NCBI GenBank assembly: GCA_963733055.1
Contig: CAVTBR010000001.1
Coordinates: forward strand, 1,056,001-1,120,000
Source of the DNA: Candidatus Bathyarchaeota archaeon
GTDB lineage: Archaea > Thermoproteota > Bathyarchaeia > 40CM-2-53-6
Direction: 5' to 3'
Length of the DNA stretch: 64,000 bases
Shown here piece by piece: positions 1-10,519 of the stretch (its first letter is position 1; each line of letters starts with the position of its first letter). The position numbers were made by a program, and so were the translations under genes. The notes under the pieces were generated by a model. The model was not told the origin of the DNA, made no database searches, and worked only from the letters and a program-made list of their open reading frames with translations.

Positions 1-564
1 GTTGTAGATGTGAGCCAGAACGCAACCTTCGGCCAATACTCGGTAATTCTGGGACACGTTACAAACGGCGAGCTCGTACCGATCGGACAGATTCCACTCT
101 ACGTTAACGAGAAGGTAAAGTATGACGTTCTCAGCGTAACGCCCTCTACCGTTGGCGTCGGCGATTCAGGTGACGTGATCAGGGTAGACATTAGAAACGC
201 AGGGTCGGTAAAGGCCGACTCGGTTAGAGTTGAGTTACGAGTGGGGAACTACTTCACCGGAACATTAACCGATTTCCTCGGGACGATGCAGGCAAATGAA
301 ACTAAATCAGCGTTCTTCACGGTAGACATCGACAGCAAGGCTCAACCGGGGCAGTATACCATCGACTTACGGTTTGATTGGACTCAGGATAACAACTCAC
401 TCGACGACACGTACCCCATAGTCCTAACCGTCCAACCCTCAGCCCCACCAGTCACGTTGATCGCGGTGCTGGTCATTGTTGTGGTTGGAGGAGGCGGCTT
501 CCTCTATATGAGGAGAAGAAAGGCAAAGGCGGCAGCGCAACGACCCGCCTCTAACGAAAAGTGA
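1..564 (+). CDS. COG1361/CARDB-type S-layer-like surface protein, C-terminal part (5' end outside window)
   Basis: Ig-like segment (IRNAGSVKADSVRV...LGTMQANETKSAFFTVDI...PGQYTI) followed by a TM helix and basic tail RRRK; frame is open to position 1. Confidence 0.75.
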   Translation, partial: VVDVSQNATFGQYSVILGHVTNGELVPIGQIPLYVNEKVKYDVLSVTPSTVGVGDSGDVIRVDIRNAGSVKADSVRVELRVGNYFTGTLTDFLGTMQANETKSAFFTVDIDSKAQPGQYTIDLRFDWTQDNNSLDDTYPIVLTVQPSAPPVTLIAVLVIVVVGGGGFLYMRRRKAKAAAQRPASNEK

Positions 565-609
565 ACTGTCCAGAGCGCGCGATCTAGTTGGCTTGGAGCA
601 GAATAATGC

Positions 610-3600
610 TTGGCTAGAAGGTGGGCCATTGCCCTCCTATTGATGGCCCTCGCACTCTCATTCGCCGCTCCGGTATGGGCTCACACCACTCTTGGAGACT
701 TGACTGGGGCATCCCCATATCGAACAAACGACACTGAACTCACTGCATCGCCACCCGGCAACCACGTCCCCGGCCCACTAGGATATGTCTGGCCTGGAAG
801 CGGACTGAATACATATTCGCGGATACCCTCTAACCCACCAGGTTACCAATCACCCTTCACCGATCAACAGCCTCTTCAAGCCGCGGGCGACTCATACAGC
901 CCTGAGGGAGCGATACTCACTTCAACCGTCGACCACGACAGCGTGGGAGATTTCATTTTCGCATTAAACTTCTCAAAACCGAATGCTTTCCTCCCTAATC
1001 GTAGCCACTTCAACTATACGAGCCTAGCAATCTACATCCCCGCACCTGTCTTCGACAAGACTGGAAAACTGATTCAGGACGGTTTCGAACCCACCGCTGG
1101 AATCAACTGGGGTCTGGGGGATAACACCAACATCGTCACCACCATCACAAACGACTACGGGAGCATATTCGTGACCCGAGCGGACAAGAACGATCCATTT
1201 GAACCCGGTTCATGGATCATATACATCCGGGCGCCACCCTCAGGAATCACGTTCAACTTCAACAAGAACTTCGACAACTGGTACTACATCCGCATCAACC
1301 AAATGAAAGCACCTTTCACTGCTGGAAGATACTTTTTCAAAATGTTCCTCAACGACTCGTACCCAGTTCACAGCAGTACGTCTGGAGGTTTGATCGCCGG
1401 TACCATGCCTATGGAAAACTGGCCTGTGCTCTTGGTCAAGGGCGAGGTTGATCCAGCTATCATATCCGGCACACTCAGGTATGGAGATTTGAACAGCACA
1501 CTCTACGGACAACGAATACAGCTTCCCGGATTGGTGAGAGCGGTTGGGATCGCAAATAACCCGTTGACAAACGAACCGACCGGCCGTGCGGTCGAGGCAC
1601 GAGGATACTTCAACTCAACCGCCCAAGGACACTACGAGATAGAAGGGGTAGCCGCAGGAGTTTATGACATCTATGCCTCGGCTGCCGGGCTTCCTGAGCA
1701 GAAGATTGCCAGTGGCATCCGAGTGGCACGCGGACAATCGCTTCAGGTTGAAGGGTATCTCAAAATAGGGTTCCAGCTTAGCGGCACGATATTCTCAAAA
1801 CAATCATTTGGAGAAGTTCTGTGGCCCGCGCAACGACCACTCTCAATAATCATTTACAACAGCAAATCCTACGACGTCCCAAGCATCGAAACGGAATCGC
1901 CCATCAACCTGACCAACTCACCCTACACATCATACGTGAACGGAAACACGTTCTTCTCAGCCACGGGCTTTAGCGGACTAATTTCAGGAGTGACGGGCCC
2001 GAAAAAAGTCGCTTTTCCTTGGGACGGACCCACAAGCTACTACTCGTACACGAGCCCAAGCGTAAAAGATCCCTTCGGGTTGTTCAACGGTGTGGGCCCG
2101 GCGCAGGTCTGGTGGGTCGATCCACGCAGCAACCTCGACCCAAACACTGGTCTAGGCTCGTCACCTTCTCAGTTCACCTTCCAATTCGGATCCAATAACG
2201 GCTACGGGGTACCAACGCAATTCTCAGGAATGATTCCCCAGGTATTCGCGACGTGGACGGACAGCCTAAGCCCCGGCACCTATTACATCCGAGTCTTCCT
2301 GAACGGGTACGTCCAGACTACTCTCGACGGGACGACGTTCGTGGATTACTCGTTCACCGTCCCAGACGTAGGCCCCTACGACACGCACGTACCAATAGAC
2401 ATCATACAAACATGCGGCGTCAACATCACCGTCCACTTCCACAACAACCCAGCCACCCTCGAAGAGGCTCCGATAGGGGGCCCTGACCCTGCTAGGTTCA
2501 TGATCGCAGAAGCGTTCGCGCGCGACGACTCGCTAGCGGCGTTCAATTTCACCCAGGTCTCTTCGACAAAATCTGAGATGTCGATAGTGCTGAATGGTTT
2601 GGGTATGGCGGGCGATCCACTCAACATATCCCCATTCGACCCTCGCGCCCCAATCAAATATTCGCTCGCAAGGTACAGAGGTGCCTACGACTATGGTCTC
2701 CCAACCGATACGTACACTGTTCGCATATTCATGCGTGGTTACATTCAGGCCCTTCCACCCGCAACATCCTTCGACGAACTAGACCAACCTCTCTCGGTGA
2801 CGGTCGCAGCGGGAAACTGCTTGCTAGTCGCGAGTACCCACATGTACCGAGGCGGCAGCATCAACGCATCGATCATTTCAACCGACTGGGAGAGGCCGCA
2901 GGTCGTAAGAAACTGGGCATGGAACAACACCTCAGTGAACATTCTAGTGTACGACATTTCCTCTCAAAACTTCATTGACGTAATCAACTTCTGGAATGCT
3001 AAGCATTTACAATGGATGATCCCCAGACAGAACTCAATGTTCACAAACCTTCCTTGGTCCGGATGGCTGGCTGCCTACGGATTAGGATCCAGCTATCTCG
3101 TGACAAACGGAAGCGTGCGCGTAGACAGCATCGGTCCTGACTTTCCCAACGTACCATCCACGGACCCCGCGAACAGTATGACGACTTTTGATTTCCTACA
3201 AGAGAACTTCCATGAAGGTTTCCTATTCAATTTCACCTCATACCGATTACCGTCATTCAGATCCAACCTAGCAATCTACCCGGGAACCTACGCCCTCAAC
3301 GCGTGGACGTACGGTTACGTACAAGAGAACGTTGTCACGTTGGGGGACCTTGGCAACGTGTATGTCGCAGTCCCGTGGATTGCCCAAACGGCTGACATAA
3401 ACCTGAAACTCATAGTCGGCGTAAACCTCACGCTCAGTGTCCTTTTCAAGACTGAAAAAATAATCACAGGAACACCATACAACATGTCCGTCAGGATCCG
3501 CATATTCGATGATCAGGACAGATTAGTTGCTTCGGCAACCTCGTTCACGTCGGATGCGGGCATACTCATTCCCTCATCAAACGTTGGCTTCTTCGCAAAT

Positions 3601-4371
3601 GGAAAGAAAATTATGAACCAGGCGCTTCCAGCGGGAACTACCTTGATGAGTTACAAGGATCTCGCAGGGCAATTCAGTTACGTAGAACCCAGTAGTGGCG
3701 CTTCCGGTATCCGAAGTGCCACACTATTCTCCCCAGACCACGGAATATGGGGGAGCGGTGCTTTCGCAGGCAGCTACTTCGGGTCGTGGAGGGTTATGGT
3801 TGATTTTGTGAACTGGTATCAGCCCACCGTCGCGTACCCGCCGGCGCCAGCTCTCCTTCAAGGCGAATCACCATACTTCTTCCCATACAACCATCTCGGA
3901 CCGTACGCCCGGTATGGAGACATCCTCATCCTTAACGCCCCGCTGAGCGGCGAAGCTTCGGCCGAATTTGAGGTAGACAGGCGTGGATACATTCAGGGCA
4001 TCGTACTCGGAATGAATTGGGACGATGAGACCAGAACAATGAGCTGGGTGACGGTTGAGATCGTGGACAGTTCGGGGTACCAATATTACTGGTATACTTG
4101 GGATGGATGGTTCGACGGCTACCTAGACCCAGGTACCTACAAGGTGACGATTACTGAATGGAACCATAACGAAGGGCACCAACAAACCATGTTCACACTC
4201 AATGTAAACCAAGGAGAACAAAACGATGCACTCAACTACATTCTTGAAGAAAGCCAAATCCCGATACCGGAACTAGCATCGATTCCTCTAACCACCTTAG
4301 CAGTCTGCGCAACAGCTGCGCTTCTGCTAAGGCGGAGAAGACGCGGGCAATTAGATCGTCCGTTTCGATAG
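610..4371 (+). CDS. Large secreted beta-rich surface protein with carboxypeptidase-regulatory-like Ig domains and PEF-CTERM-like anchor
   Basis: Signal peptide ending VWA; GHYEIEGVAAGVYDIYASAAG and PGTY motifs; many N-x-S/T sequons; C-terminal IPEL + TM + RRRRR. Confidence 0.75.
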   Translation: MARRWAIALLLMALALSFAAPVWAHTTLGDLTGASPYRTNDTELTASPPGNHVPGPLGYVWPGSGLNTYSRIPSNPPGYQSPFTDQQPLQAAGDSYSPEGAILTSTVDHDSVGDFIFALNFSKPNAFLPNRSHFNYTSLAIYIPAPVFDKTGKLIQDGFEPTAGINWGLGDNTNIVTTITNDYGSIFVTRADKNDPFEPGSWIIYIRAPPSGITFNFNKNFDNWYYIRINQMKAPFTAGRYFFKMFLNDSYPVHSSTSGGLIAGTMPMENWPVLLVKGEVDPAIISGTLRYGDLNSTLYGQRIQLPGLVRAVGIANNPLTNEPTGRAVEARGYFNSTAQGHYEIEGVAAGVYDIYASAAGLPEQKIASGIRVARGQSLQVEGYLKIGFQLSGTIFSKQSFGEVLWPAQRPLSIIIYNSKSYDVPSIETESPINLTNSPYTSYVNGNTFFSATGFSGLISGVTGPKKVAFPWDGPTSYYSYTSPSVKDPFGLFNGVGPAQVWWVDPRSNLDPNTGLGSSPSQFTFQFGSNNGYGVPTQFSGMIPQVFATWTDSLSPGTYYIRVFLNGYVQTTLDGTTFVDYSFTVPDVGPYDTHVPIDIIQTCGVNITVHFHNNPATLEEAPIGGPDPARFMIAEAFARDDSLAAFNFTQVSSTKSEMSIVLNGLGMAGDPLNISPFDPRAPIKYSLARYRGAYDYGLPTDTYTVRIFMRGYIQALPPATSFDELDQPLSVTVAAGNCLLVASTHMYRGGSINASIISTDWERPQVVRNWAWNNTSVNILVYDISSQNFIDVINFWNAKHLQWMIPRQNSMFTNLPWSGWLAAYGLGSSYLVTNGSVRVDSIGPDFPNVPSTDPANSMTTFDFLQENFHEGFLFNFTSYRLPSFRSNLAIYPGTYALNAWTYGYVQENVVTLGDLGNVYVAVPWIAQTADINLKLIVGVNLTLSVLFKTEKIITGTPYNMSVRIRIFDDQDRLVASATSFTSDAGILIPSSNVGFFANGKKIMNQALPAGTTLMSYKDLAGQFSYVEPSSGASGIRSATLFSPDHGIWGSGAFAGSYFGSWRVMVDFVNWYQPTVAYPPAPALLQGESPYFFPYNHLGPYARYGDILILNAPLSGEASAEFEVDRRGYIQGIVLGMNWDDETRTMSWVTVEIVDSSGYQYYWYTWDGWFDGYLDPGTYKVTITEWNHNEGHQQTMFTLNVNQGEQNDALNYILEESQIPIPELASIPLTTLAVCATAALLLRRRRRGQLDRPFR

Positions 4372-5481
4372 AAGAATCGCGATGGGCATCAGTATGAGGC
4401 TGCTGATGAAAAGGATGAGAAGGTCGCCCCCGATCGCGTTCAGCCCAGCCCCGAGATAGATCAAGCGCCTGAGTGCATCATTACCGTACGTCCAGGGGAG
4501 ACTGTCCGCAATTGCTTGACCGCCAGGCGCAAGGAGAAGGGGGGAACTTATTGTTCCGGCTATCGAGAAGAGTGGGAATGTCATCGCTATCTCCAGAACC
4601 GTCAGAGTGGTTGTACTTCGAATTCTCGTTGAAATCGTTAAGCCGAGAGAGAATGTAAAGACGGCGATCAGAATGGTTGTCAGGAAGATGAGTATCAGGT
4701 TTCCGTGAATCACCAAACCGTAGAGGCTGAAGATAACGAGCATCAACGCGGTCCGTAGAATCGTAAGAACTACCGTGGCGGACATTTTACCGGAATAGAC
4801 CGCAAACAGGCTCACTGGGGATAGAGTCAGGCGTGGGAAAGTACCTCGTTCTCGTTCCCTGTTGATCGCGTTAACAATGTCATCAAAACCGCCAAGGATA
4901 GCGATTAGCCCAAGAAAGCCCGGCAGAATCGGATCTCCGCTTGGCGGGCGTCCCGTCAAGGATCTTGTGATTACCTCGATCGGGGCGACCTTGAGCCCGA
5001 AATTAAGACCTTCGCCTGATGTTATCTGATTAACGAGATCCTGAGCGCCTTGGCTGACAGCGCCAACCACGAACTGTGAAGAGGTCAACTTGGAGTTATC
5101 AGTAGATACAATAACGAAAGCGTCTCCAGCCAGAAGTGCGTTCCCGAATCCTTGAGGTATAATTATCGCTCCCACCACTTGGCCGTTAGCAACAGCTTGG
5201 TAGGCTTGGTCTTCGGTTTGTACGAGTTGGGTTACGTGGATGAAGCGGGATCGCGTTAACTCGTTGAGCATCGCATTCGAGGCCGGCGTTCCGTCTAGAT
5301 CAGCCACCACCACGGGTACATTGTGGGTTGTGGCGCTAAAGGCAGCTACGATGACTATGAAGATGCTGATGAGGATTATTGGAAACATAACTGTCAAAAT
5401 CAGCGAGACGGGGTCGCGGCGGAGTTGCTTCAGTTCCTTTGTTGTAATGGCAACCGTGTCGTTTACGAAAGCGTTCTTCAA
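4351..5481 (-). CDS. ABC-2 type transporter permease
   Basis: KELKQLRRDP N-terminus, VADLD extracellular domain, RERERGT motif, multiple TM helices. Confidence 0.9.
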   Translation of the reverse strand: MKNAFVNDTVAITTKELKQLRRDPVSLILTVMFPIILISIFIVIVAAFSATTHNVPVVVADLDGTPASNAMLNELTRSRFIHVTQLVQTEDQAYQAVANGQVVGAIIIPQGFGNALLAGDAFVIVSTDNSKLTSSQFVVGAVSQGAQDLVNQITSGEGLNFGLKVAPIEVITRSLTGRPPSGDPILPGFLGLIAILGGFDDIVNAINRERERGTFPRLTLSPVSLFAVYSGKMSATVVLTILRTALMLVIFSLYGLVIHGNLILIFLTTILIAVFTFSLGLTISTRIRSTTTLTVLEIAMTFPLFSIAGTISSPLLLAPGGQAIADSLPWTYGNDALRRLIYLGAGLNAIGGDLLILFISSLILMPIAILLSKRTI

Positions 5482-6644
5482 GTAACCAACCTCTCCCGGA
5501 AACTGCGAAGCAGGACGAAGGCAAGTCCGAACGAGACGATTATGGATCCAATCATGTATTCTAGATCAAATGTCAAAGAGAGCAAGGGCACACCAAGTAG
5601 GATTGTTCGCCTCAATGCGTCGAATGCATAGGTAAAGGGTAGAGAGTAACTGATGGTTTCCGAAATGCCAACGAGCAAATTGCTGTCAATAACTAGGCCG
5701 CTGAACGCGAAGAGGAATAAGATCAGAAAGAAGGTTATGATCACCACAGCTCTCTGCCCTAACTTCAAGGCAGCCGCAACGAAGCCAATTCCCATCGTAA
5801 CGAGCGCGACGATAAGAGACAACGCGAGAATCGTGCCGAAGTCGGTACTCGGCTTCGCCCCGTACGCGTATAGGCCGATCCCGAGAACAATAAAAGTTCT
5901 CAAAACGCTCAAGACAATATCAAAAAATGTTTTCCCCAACATGATTGAGCCTATAGGAATGGGCGAGGCGAGGAGACGCGCATACGTGCCTTCATCTCGC
6001 TCACGAGCCATTCCTCCAGCAATCTCATAGAACGCTGAAAAAATCTGTACGATCGCGAGTATAGTGGTCAATCCCACGTTGAAGCTGGGGAATACTGCTC
6101 CCTTCCGAACGACCCCAACCCCTGCAACGGATTGCAACTGCAACTGGCTCAGGTGTGGCTGAACTTCTACGTTCGGGTCGAAGTTCTGCGCATAGCCCGT
6201 GAGAGTGCTCTGGATTTGATCGGAGACACCAGGTTCGCTATCATCCGTATAGAGCAATAGCCTCGCCTGGTTTCCGCTCTCCAAATCATTTTGGAAACCC
6301 TTGGGAACGACAATCACAGCGTATACCCGTTTAGTCCCGAGCTCAGCTAGGGCGGCCTGCTCATTGTAGGATTGTATCAAGTTATGGAAGTCGGGTGATC
6401 GACTCAGCGTTTGCCAGAGGCGGAGTGAGGCGAGTGAATTGTCATTATCCACAAAACCAATTGGAATGCCGGCCGTAGGGGAGAAAGATGAACCTGCGCC
6501 ACCTTGACCGGCGCCAAGTGAAACGGTGAAGAATAGTGGTAGAACAACTAGGGAGATGAGTATGGCGCTTCGGTTCCTTCGGAATTGACGAAATTCAGTC
6601 TCAGCAACCGCTAGCGAATCTCTGAAAAATGATGCGACCGACAT
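5478..6644 (-). CDS. ABC-2 type transporter permease
   Basis: EFRQFRRN, VDNDNS, RERDEGT motifs; LPFTYAFDALR; overlaps the next permease. Confidence 0.9.
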   Translation of the reverse strand: MSVASFFRDSLAVAETEFRQFRRNRSAILISLVVLPLFFTVSLGAGQGGAGSSFSPTAGIPIGFVDNDNSLASLRLWQTLSRSPDFHNLIQSYNEQAALAELGTKRVYAVIVVPKGFQNDLESGNQARLLLYTDDSEPGVSDQIQSTLTGYAQNFDPNVEVQPHLSQLQLQSVAGVGVVRKGAVFPSFNVGLTTILAIVQIFSAFYEIAGGMARERDEGTYARLLASPIPIGSIMLGKTFFDIVLSVLRTFIVLGIGLYAYGAKPSTDFGTILALSLIVALVTMGIGFVAAALKLGQRAVVIITFFLILFLFAFSGLVIDSNLLVGISETISYSLPFTYAFDALRRTILLGVPLLSLTFDLEYMIGSIIVSFGLAFVLLRSFRERLVT

Positions 6645-6662
6645 AAGAAAATCGACTGCATT

Positions 6663-7652
6663 CTAAGCCTTTTGTCCCGCACTCTCGAGGAATCGGTCGA
6701 TTTCTTCTTCGCCGCCTGTCAATGCAATGAAAGCTTCTTCCAGCGTCGGATCCTTAGTGTTAATTGTTCTGATCCTCGCCCCTACTTCAAGGAGCGTCGC
6801 TGCCACTTCTTCGGCGAGCGTCTCCGTTCGTTCACAACTAATCTGAAGTTTCGAATCAACATACTTTACGCTACAAACGTGTTTCATGACTTTGAGTTTG
6901 AGTCGTATCTTGTCAAGTTGAGCCTTTGTTAATTCGGGCGTCTCCACTTCCACCATCGAGAGTTCGCTCACACTATGCTTCAGTTCGTTCGGCGTCCCAA
7001 CCTGTACTAGCCTACCCGCGAACATTATCCCGACCCGGTCGCAGATCTTCTCAGGTTCGCCCATGTAATGCGTGGTCCAGATCACCGTCACGCCTTGTTC
7101 GCATTGTTTCTTCGTGAAATCCTGAAGCGCGATCGCTGATTGAGGGTCGAGGCCGGAGGTCACCTCGTCAAGAAATAGGACCTGCGGGCTATGAAGCAAA
7201 GCGGCGCATATCATCGCCTTCTTCGCCCACCCAGTAGAAAGTGCACCTACGAGTCGTGTCGCCTTTTCCCTGAAAGCGAACATATCCATCAACTCCCGTA
7301 TCCTAACCTCTGCTTTGGGGCGGGGGATTTCATAGAGGGTACTCAGCAGTTTCAGGTTCTCCTCGATAGTCAGGTCCTTGTACAGAGAGACTCCCTCAGA
7401 AACCACTCCAATCTGTCGCCTAACCTCAGCCGCCTGGTGGCGAATATCATAGCCCACAACATTCGCAGTGCCACGTGTAGGCTCGATTAGGGTGCAAAGC
7501 ATTCGGACGGTAGTAGTTTTCCCCGCGCCGTTAGGCCCAAGCAGGCCAAACAACTCTCCTTTGCCTACCCCTATGCTTAGGCCATCGACCGCGGGAAAAT
7601 GACCGAAGACTTTGGTCAAATCCCTGGTTACTATTGCTTCCTCGGGCATCAT
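6663..7652 (-). CDS. ABC transporter ATP-binding protein (DrrA-like)
   Basis: Walker A GPNGAGKTT, LFLDEVTSGLDP, TTHYM, C-terminal PTLEEAF; start trimmed to the ATG at 7652. Confidence 0.92.
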   Translation of the reverse strand: MMPEEAIVTRDLTKVFGHFPAVDGLSIGVGKGELFGLLGPNGAGKTTTVRMLCTLIEPTRGTANVVGYDIRHQAAEVRRQIGVVSEGVSLYKDLTIEENLKLLSTLYEIPRPKAEVRIRELMDMFAFREKATRLVGALSTGWAKKAMICAALLHSPQVLFLDEVTSGLDPQSAIALQDFTKKQCEQGVTVIWTTHYMGEPEKICDRVGIMFAGRLVQVGTPNELKHSVSELSMVEVETPELTKAQLDKIRLKLKVMKHVCSVKYVDSKLQISCERTETLAEEVAATLLEVGARIRTINTKDPTLEEAFIALTGGEEEIDRFLESAGQKA

Positions 7653-7707
7653 CAATCGCCCTGCATTATTCTCGTTGAAGTTGGAGCAATGAAACTGACT
7701 CTTGAGG

Positions 7708-8259
7708 TTATTGCCTTGCGTGCCATTCAATGTCGCCCTTATTCTCCCTGTGGTTCGCCACGCGTGCCATTACGAAGAGTAGATCGGATAAACGATTCAT
7801 GTATGGGAGCATTTGCTCATTCACCGTTTCAGCCTTGCTTAGTGTGACAATGCGCCTCTCCGCTCGTCTTGCGACTGTGCGCGCGTTGTGCAGTAACGAG
7901 CCTCCGACGCCCCCGCCAGGCAGTATGAAAGCCTTCAGAGGGGTCAGTTCAGCTTCGAATTTGTCAATCGTCTGTTCCATGCTCGTGATCTTTTCTGCGG
8001 TGATACGCGGGACATTGCGTTGTTGATGATCCCCTGTTGAAGCTAGATCTGCGCCCACTACGAAAAGGTCCTTCTGAAGTTCCGCCAGTAGATCGTCTAG
8101 CTCACGGTCTTTCAGGAACGCCCTCGCGATTCCAAGAACGGAATTCAGTTCGTCCACACTGCCATAGGCATCCACGCGCAACGAGTCTTTGGATACTCTT
8201 GCCCCGCCCACCAGGCCCGTCTCGCCCTTGTCACCCGTCCGAGTGTATATTCTAGCCAA
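7708..8259 (-). CDS. pduO: ATP:cob(I)alamin adenosyltransferase, PduO type
   Basis: IYTRTGDKGET, AYGSVDELNS, FILPGG, RTVARRAER, NRLSDLLF signature motifs. Confidence 0.93.
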   Translation of the reverse strand: MARIYTRTGDKGETGLVGGARVSKDSLRVDAYGSVDELNSVLGIARAFLKDRELDDLLAELQKDLFVVGADLASTGDHQQRNVPRITAEKITSMEQTIDKFEAELTPLKAFILPGGGVGGSLLHNARTVARRAERRIVTLSKAETVNEQMLPYMNRLSDLLFVMARVANHRENKGDIEWHARQ

Positions 8260-8332
8260 CTTCCCGCCCCAGCGTAACAGGACGGGAGAGAAATTTAGGG
8301 ACGGCGGTGTCTACTCCCATCCGTGCACCGAG

Positions 8333-9205
8333 TTGAAAGCAGGCGTCCTACTAGACGAACCGAAAATCCTGCCAGGTTTCGATTACGTATTTTATGAGGT
8401 CAAGCCGTCCAGCGGGAGACCCCTCACACCACTTCCGCACGCCTGGAACGTCGTAAACTGCTTCGCAGATAACACGATGGCCGAGAAGAACCCAAACCTA
8501 GTCGCCACCTGCCGGGGAGAATGGGCGCGGAGAGGGACACCACGGCGGTTCTTGTGGGACTGGATCTGCCCAAGCAAACCAGAGTATCGGGAATATTGTC
8601 TGAAGTTCATCCGGCAGGTCGCCGATCGGGACGTCGCCGGGATCAGATTGGACAGCGTATGCTTTCCAAGGGAAGGATACTGCGACTGCCTAACCTGCAC
8701 ACAAGGCCAACAGAACAGCGGAGGAGATGTCCTTGATTGGCGCGCCGAGCAGATAGGTTCGTTTGTTCGCGAAGTGAGAGAGAATATCTCATGCGAATTA
8801 GGTTTGACCATTGAACCTGACCCTTGCTACGGGAGGGAAAGATTCGGGTTGGACCTAGCGGAGCTTTCAAAATACGTTGACTTCATTTCGACTCCACTCT
8901 ACATGGACTACTCCATCGTATATTGGTTGGACATACTCGCGAACTGCTTCCGAAGAAAAATCGCCAAACCCTATCACCTTGAGCTCTACGCGGGTCACCC
9001 CCGAGCCCCAACTAAGAATCTGATCTCCGCCTTAGCGGTCGCATCAACCTACGCCGACACAATAATCCTCTCAACATACCAAGCTCACATAGCCCAAAGC
9101 CTACAGAAGGAAATAGCCACCGACCCCTCGGTGTGGAAGTTCTTCGAAGAACGCGGTTGTGTAAACATGGTTGAAATCATTGAGCAATGGAAGAAACTGA
9201 TGTGA
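8333..9205 (+). CDS. Hypothetical glycoside-hydrolase-like TIM-barrel protein with Cys cluster
   Basis: WICPSKPEYR, GIRLD and YCDCLTC motifs as in GH42/GHL10-like barrels; TTG start at 8333 avoids overlap with pduO. Confidence 0.55.
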   Translation: MKAGVLLDEPKILPGFDYVFYEVKPSSGRPLTPLPHAWNVVNCFADNTMAEKNPNLVATCRGEWARRGTPRRFLWDWICPSKPEYREYCLKFIRQVADRDVAGIRLDSVCFPREGYCDCLTCTQGQQNSGGDVLDWRAEQIGSFVREVRENISCELGLTIEPDPCYGRERFGLDLAELSKYVDFISTPLYMDYSIVYWLDILANCFRRKIAKPYHLELYAGHPRAPTKNLISALAVASTYADTIILSTYQAHIAQSLQKEIATDPSVWKFFEERGCVNMVEIIEQWKKLM

Positions 9206-9864
9206 CGAAGATCAATCGCCCTCGGAAAGCGAGAGTAAAGGAGGTGCGGTCGAAACCTCTTCTACCACTCATAACGGATTTGATATTCGTTGTAATCGCT
9301 GCGTACCTCCTGCTAAACTACGTACGCTCTCTACTCTTGTACGCGGAGTTGCCGCTGTTCGTAATCCGGCAAGCGTTCTTCATAACCTACCTTCTCATCG
9401 CCCTCATTCTTCTAGCGGCAAGAGACAGGGCGCTATCGTTTACGCCAAAACCGGTTGACTACGTCTATACGGGCATTGGATTGGGTTCGCCCTTACTGTT
9501 CCAATCGGCTCCAAACGGAGAACAACTCATGGTCGGTCCCGTCTTAGAATTCGCGGGTTTGGTCTTGGTTGTAGCTGCTTTCTTATCATTGAATCGTAGT
9601 TTCGGTCTCGCTCCCGAGAACCGAGGTATCAAAACTGCCGGCGCGTATCGCCTCGTTCGTCACCCTATGTATCTCGGTTACATACTGGCCGAGATCGGTT
9701 TTGCTCTCGACAACTCCTCGCCCTATAACCTCCTCATCCTTGGAATGTCGGTTCTATTTCTCCTTCTGCGATTACGAGCTGAAGAGCAACTTCTGCAACA
9801 AGACCGAGCATACAGAAGGTACGCAAAGAAGACCCGCTGGAAGCTTGTACCTTTCGTATTCTGA
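9187..9864 (+). CDS. Isoprenylcysteine carboxyl methyltransferase/PEMT family membrane protein
   Basis: GAYRLVRHPMYLG and EEQLL...Y..Y...RWKLVPFVF motifs. Confidence 0.85.
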   Translation: MEETDVTKINRPRKARVKEVRSKPLLPLITDLIFVVIAAYLLLNYVRSLLLYAELPLFVIRQAFFITYLLIALILLAARDRALSFTPKPVDYVYTGIGLGSPLLFQSAPNGEQLMVGPVLEFAGLVLVVAAFLSLNRSFGLAPENRGIKTAGAYRLVRHPMYLGYILAEIGFALDNSSPYNLLILGMSVLFLLLRLRAEEQLLQQDRAYRRYAKKTRWKLVPFVF

Positions 9865-9911
9865 AACTCGAGGCTTCGGTGCACTTTCGATGAATTCGTT
9901 CGATTGCGGTT

Positions 9912-10481
9912 TCAGGTGTCCTCCGGGGTAGGTTCGATTTTTCTCACGGATGCCTGCGGAAACCTGCCGGATTCTGTTAATTGGATTAATAGGTGCAATT
10001 CCTTTCGAGCTCGTTTTGCTAGAGAGTTGGAGATGACGTGTCTTGCAATCGCCCGTTGGAATTCATCTTCGTCGAGCACTATACAGCGTCCTCCCGGAGT
10101 AATCCAAAGATCCAGGAAGAGGTCTGTAATTATCGAAGTCTTGGCGGTGTTAGAAAGGAGTCTTGAAATCGGCCTGATTATATCACAGTAGTATCCTGTG
10201 AACCTGCGTTTTCTATCGTAGAATTTTCCGACGTCGTACCATCTTCCTCTGAAAATGAACCACTCCGCGACGTACCCTTTAGCAACCATTACCTTGCCGA
10301 ATTCACGTCGCGGGTTTCTCACTCGTAATCGTTGTTCAATTACTAGTCGATTCGGGCTTTCCTCGCGCAGCAGTCCCTGGAATCGCCTGATTCCGCCCGG
10401 TAGACGTCTGTACTGTATGGTTACTCGGCGAGGAAGCACGTTCAAAGGCATGGTGGGACGTTTGTTGCGAGAGCCCAACAT
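9912..10481 (-). CDS. DUF402 domain protein
   Basis: WYDVGKFYD...GYYCDI...DLFLDLWI...VLDEDEF motifs. Confidence 0.8.
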   Translation of the reverse strand: MLGSRNKRPTMPLNVLPRRVTIQYRRLPGGIRRFQGLLREESPNRLVIEQRLRVRNPRREFGKVMVAKGYVAEWFIFRGRWYDVGKFYDRKRRFTGYYCDIIRPISRLLSNTAKTSIITDLFLDLWITPGGRCIVLDEDEFQRAIARHVISNSLAKRARKELHLLIQLTESGRFPQASVRKIEPTPEDT

Positions 10482-10519
10482 TAATTGGGTTTGTGTTCAT
10501 GCTACACAGTACGTAATGG

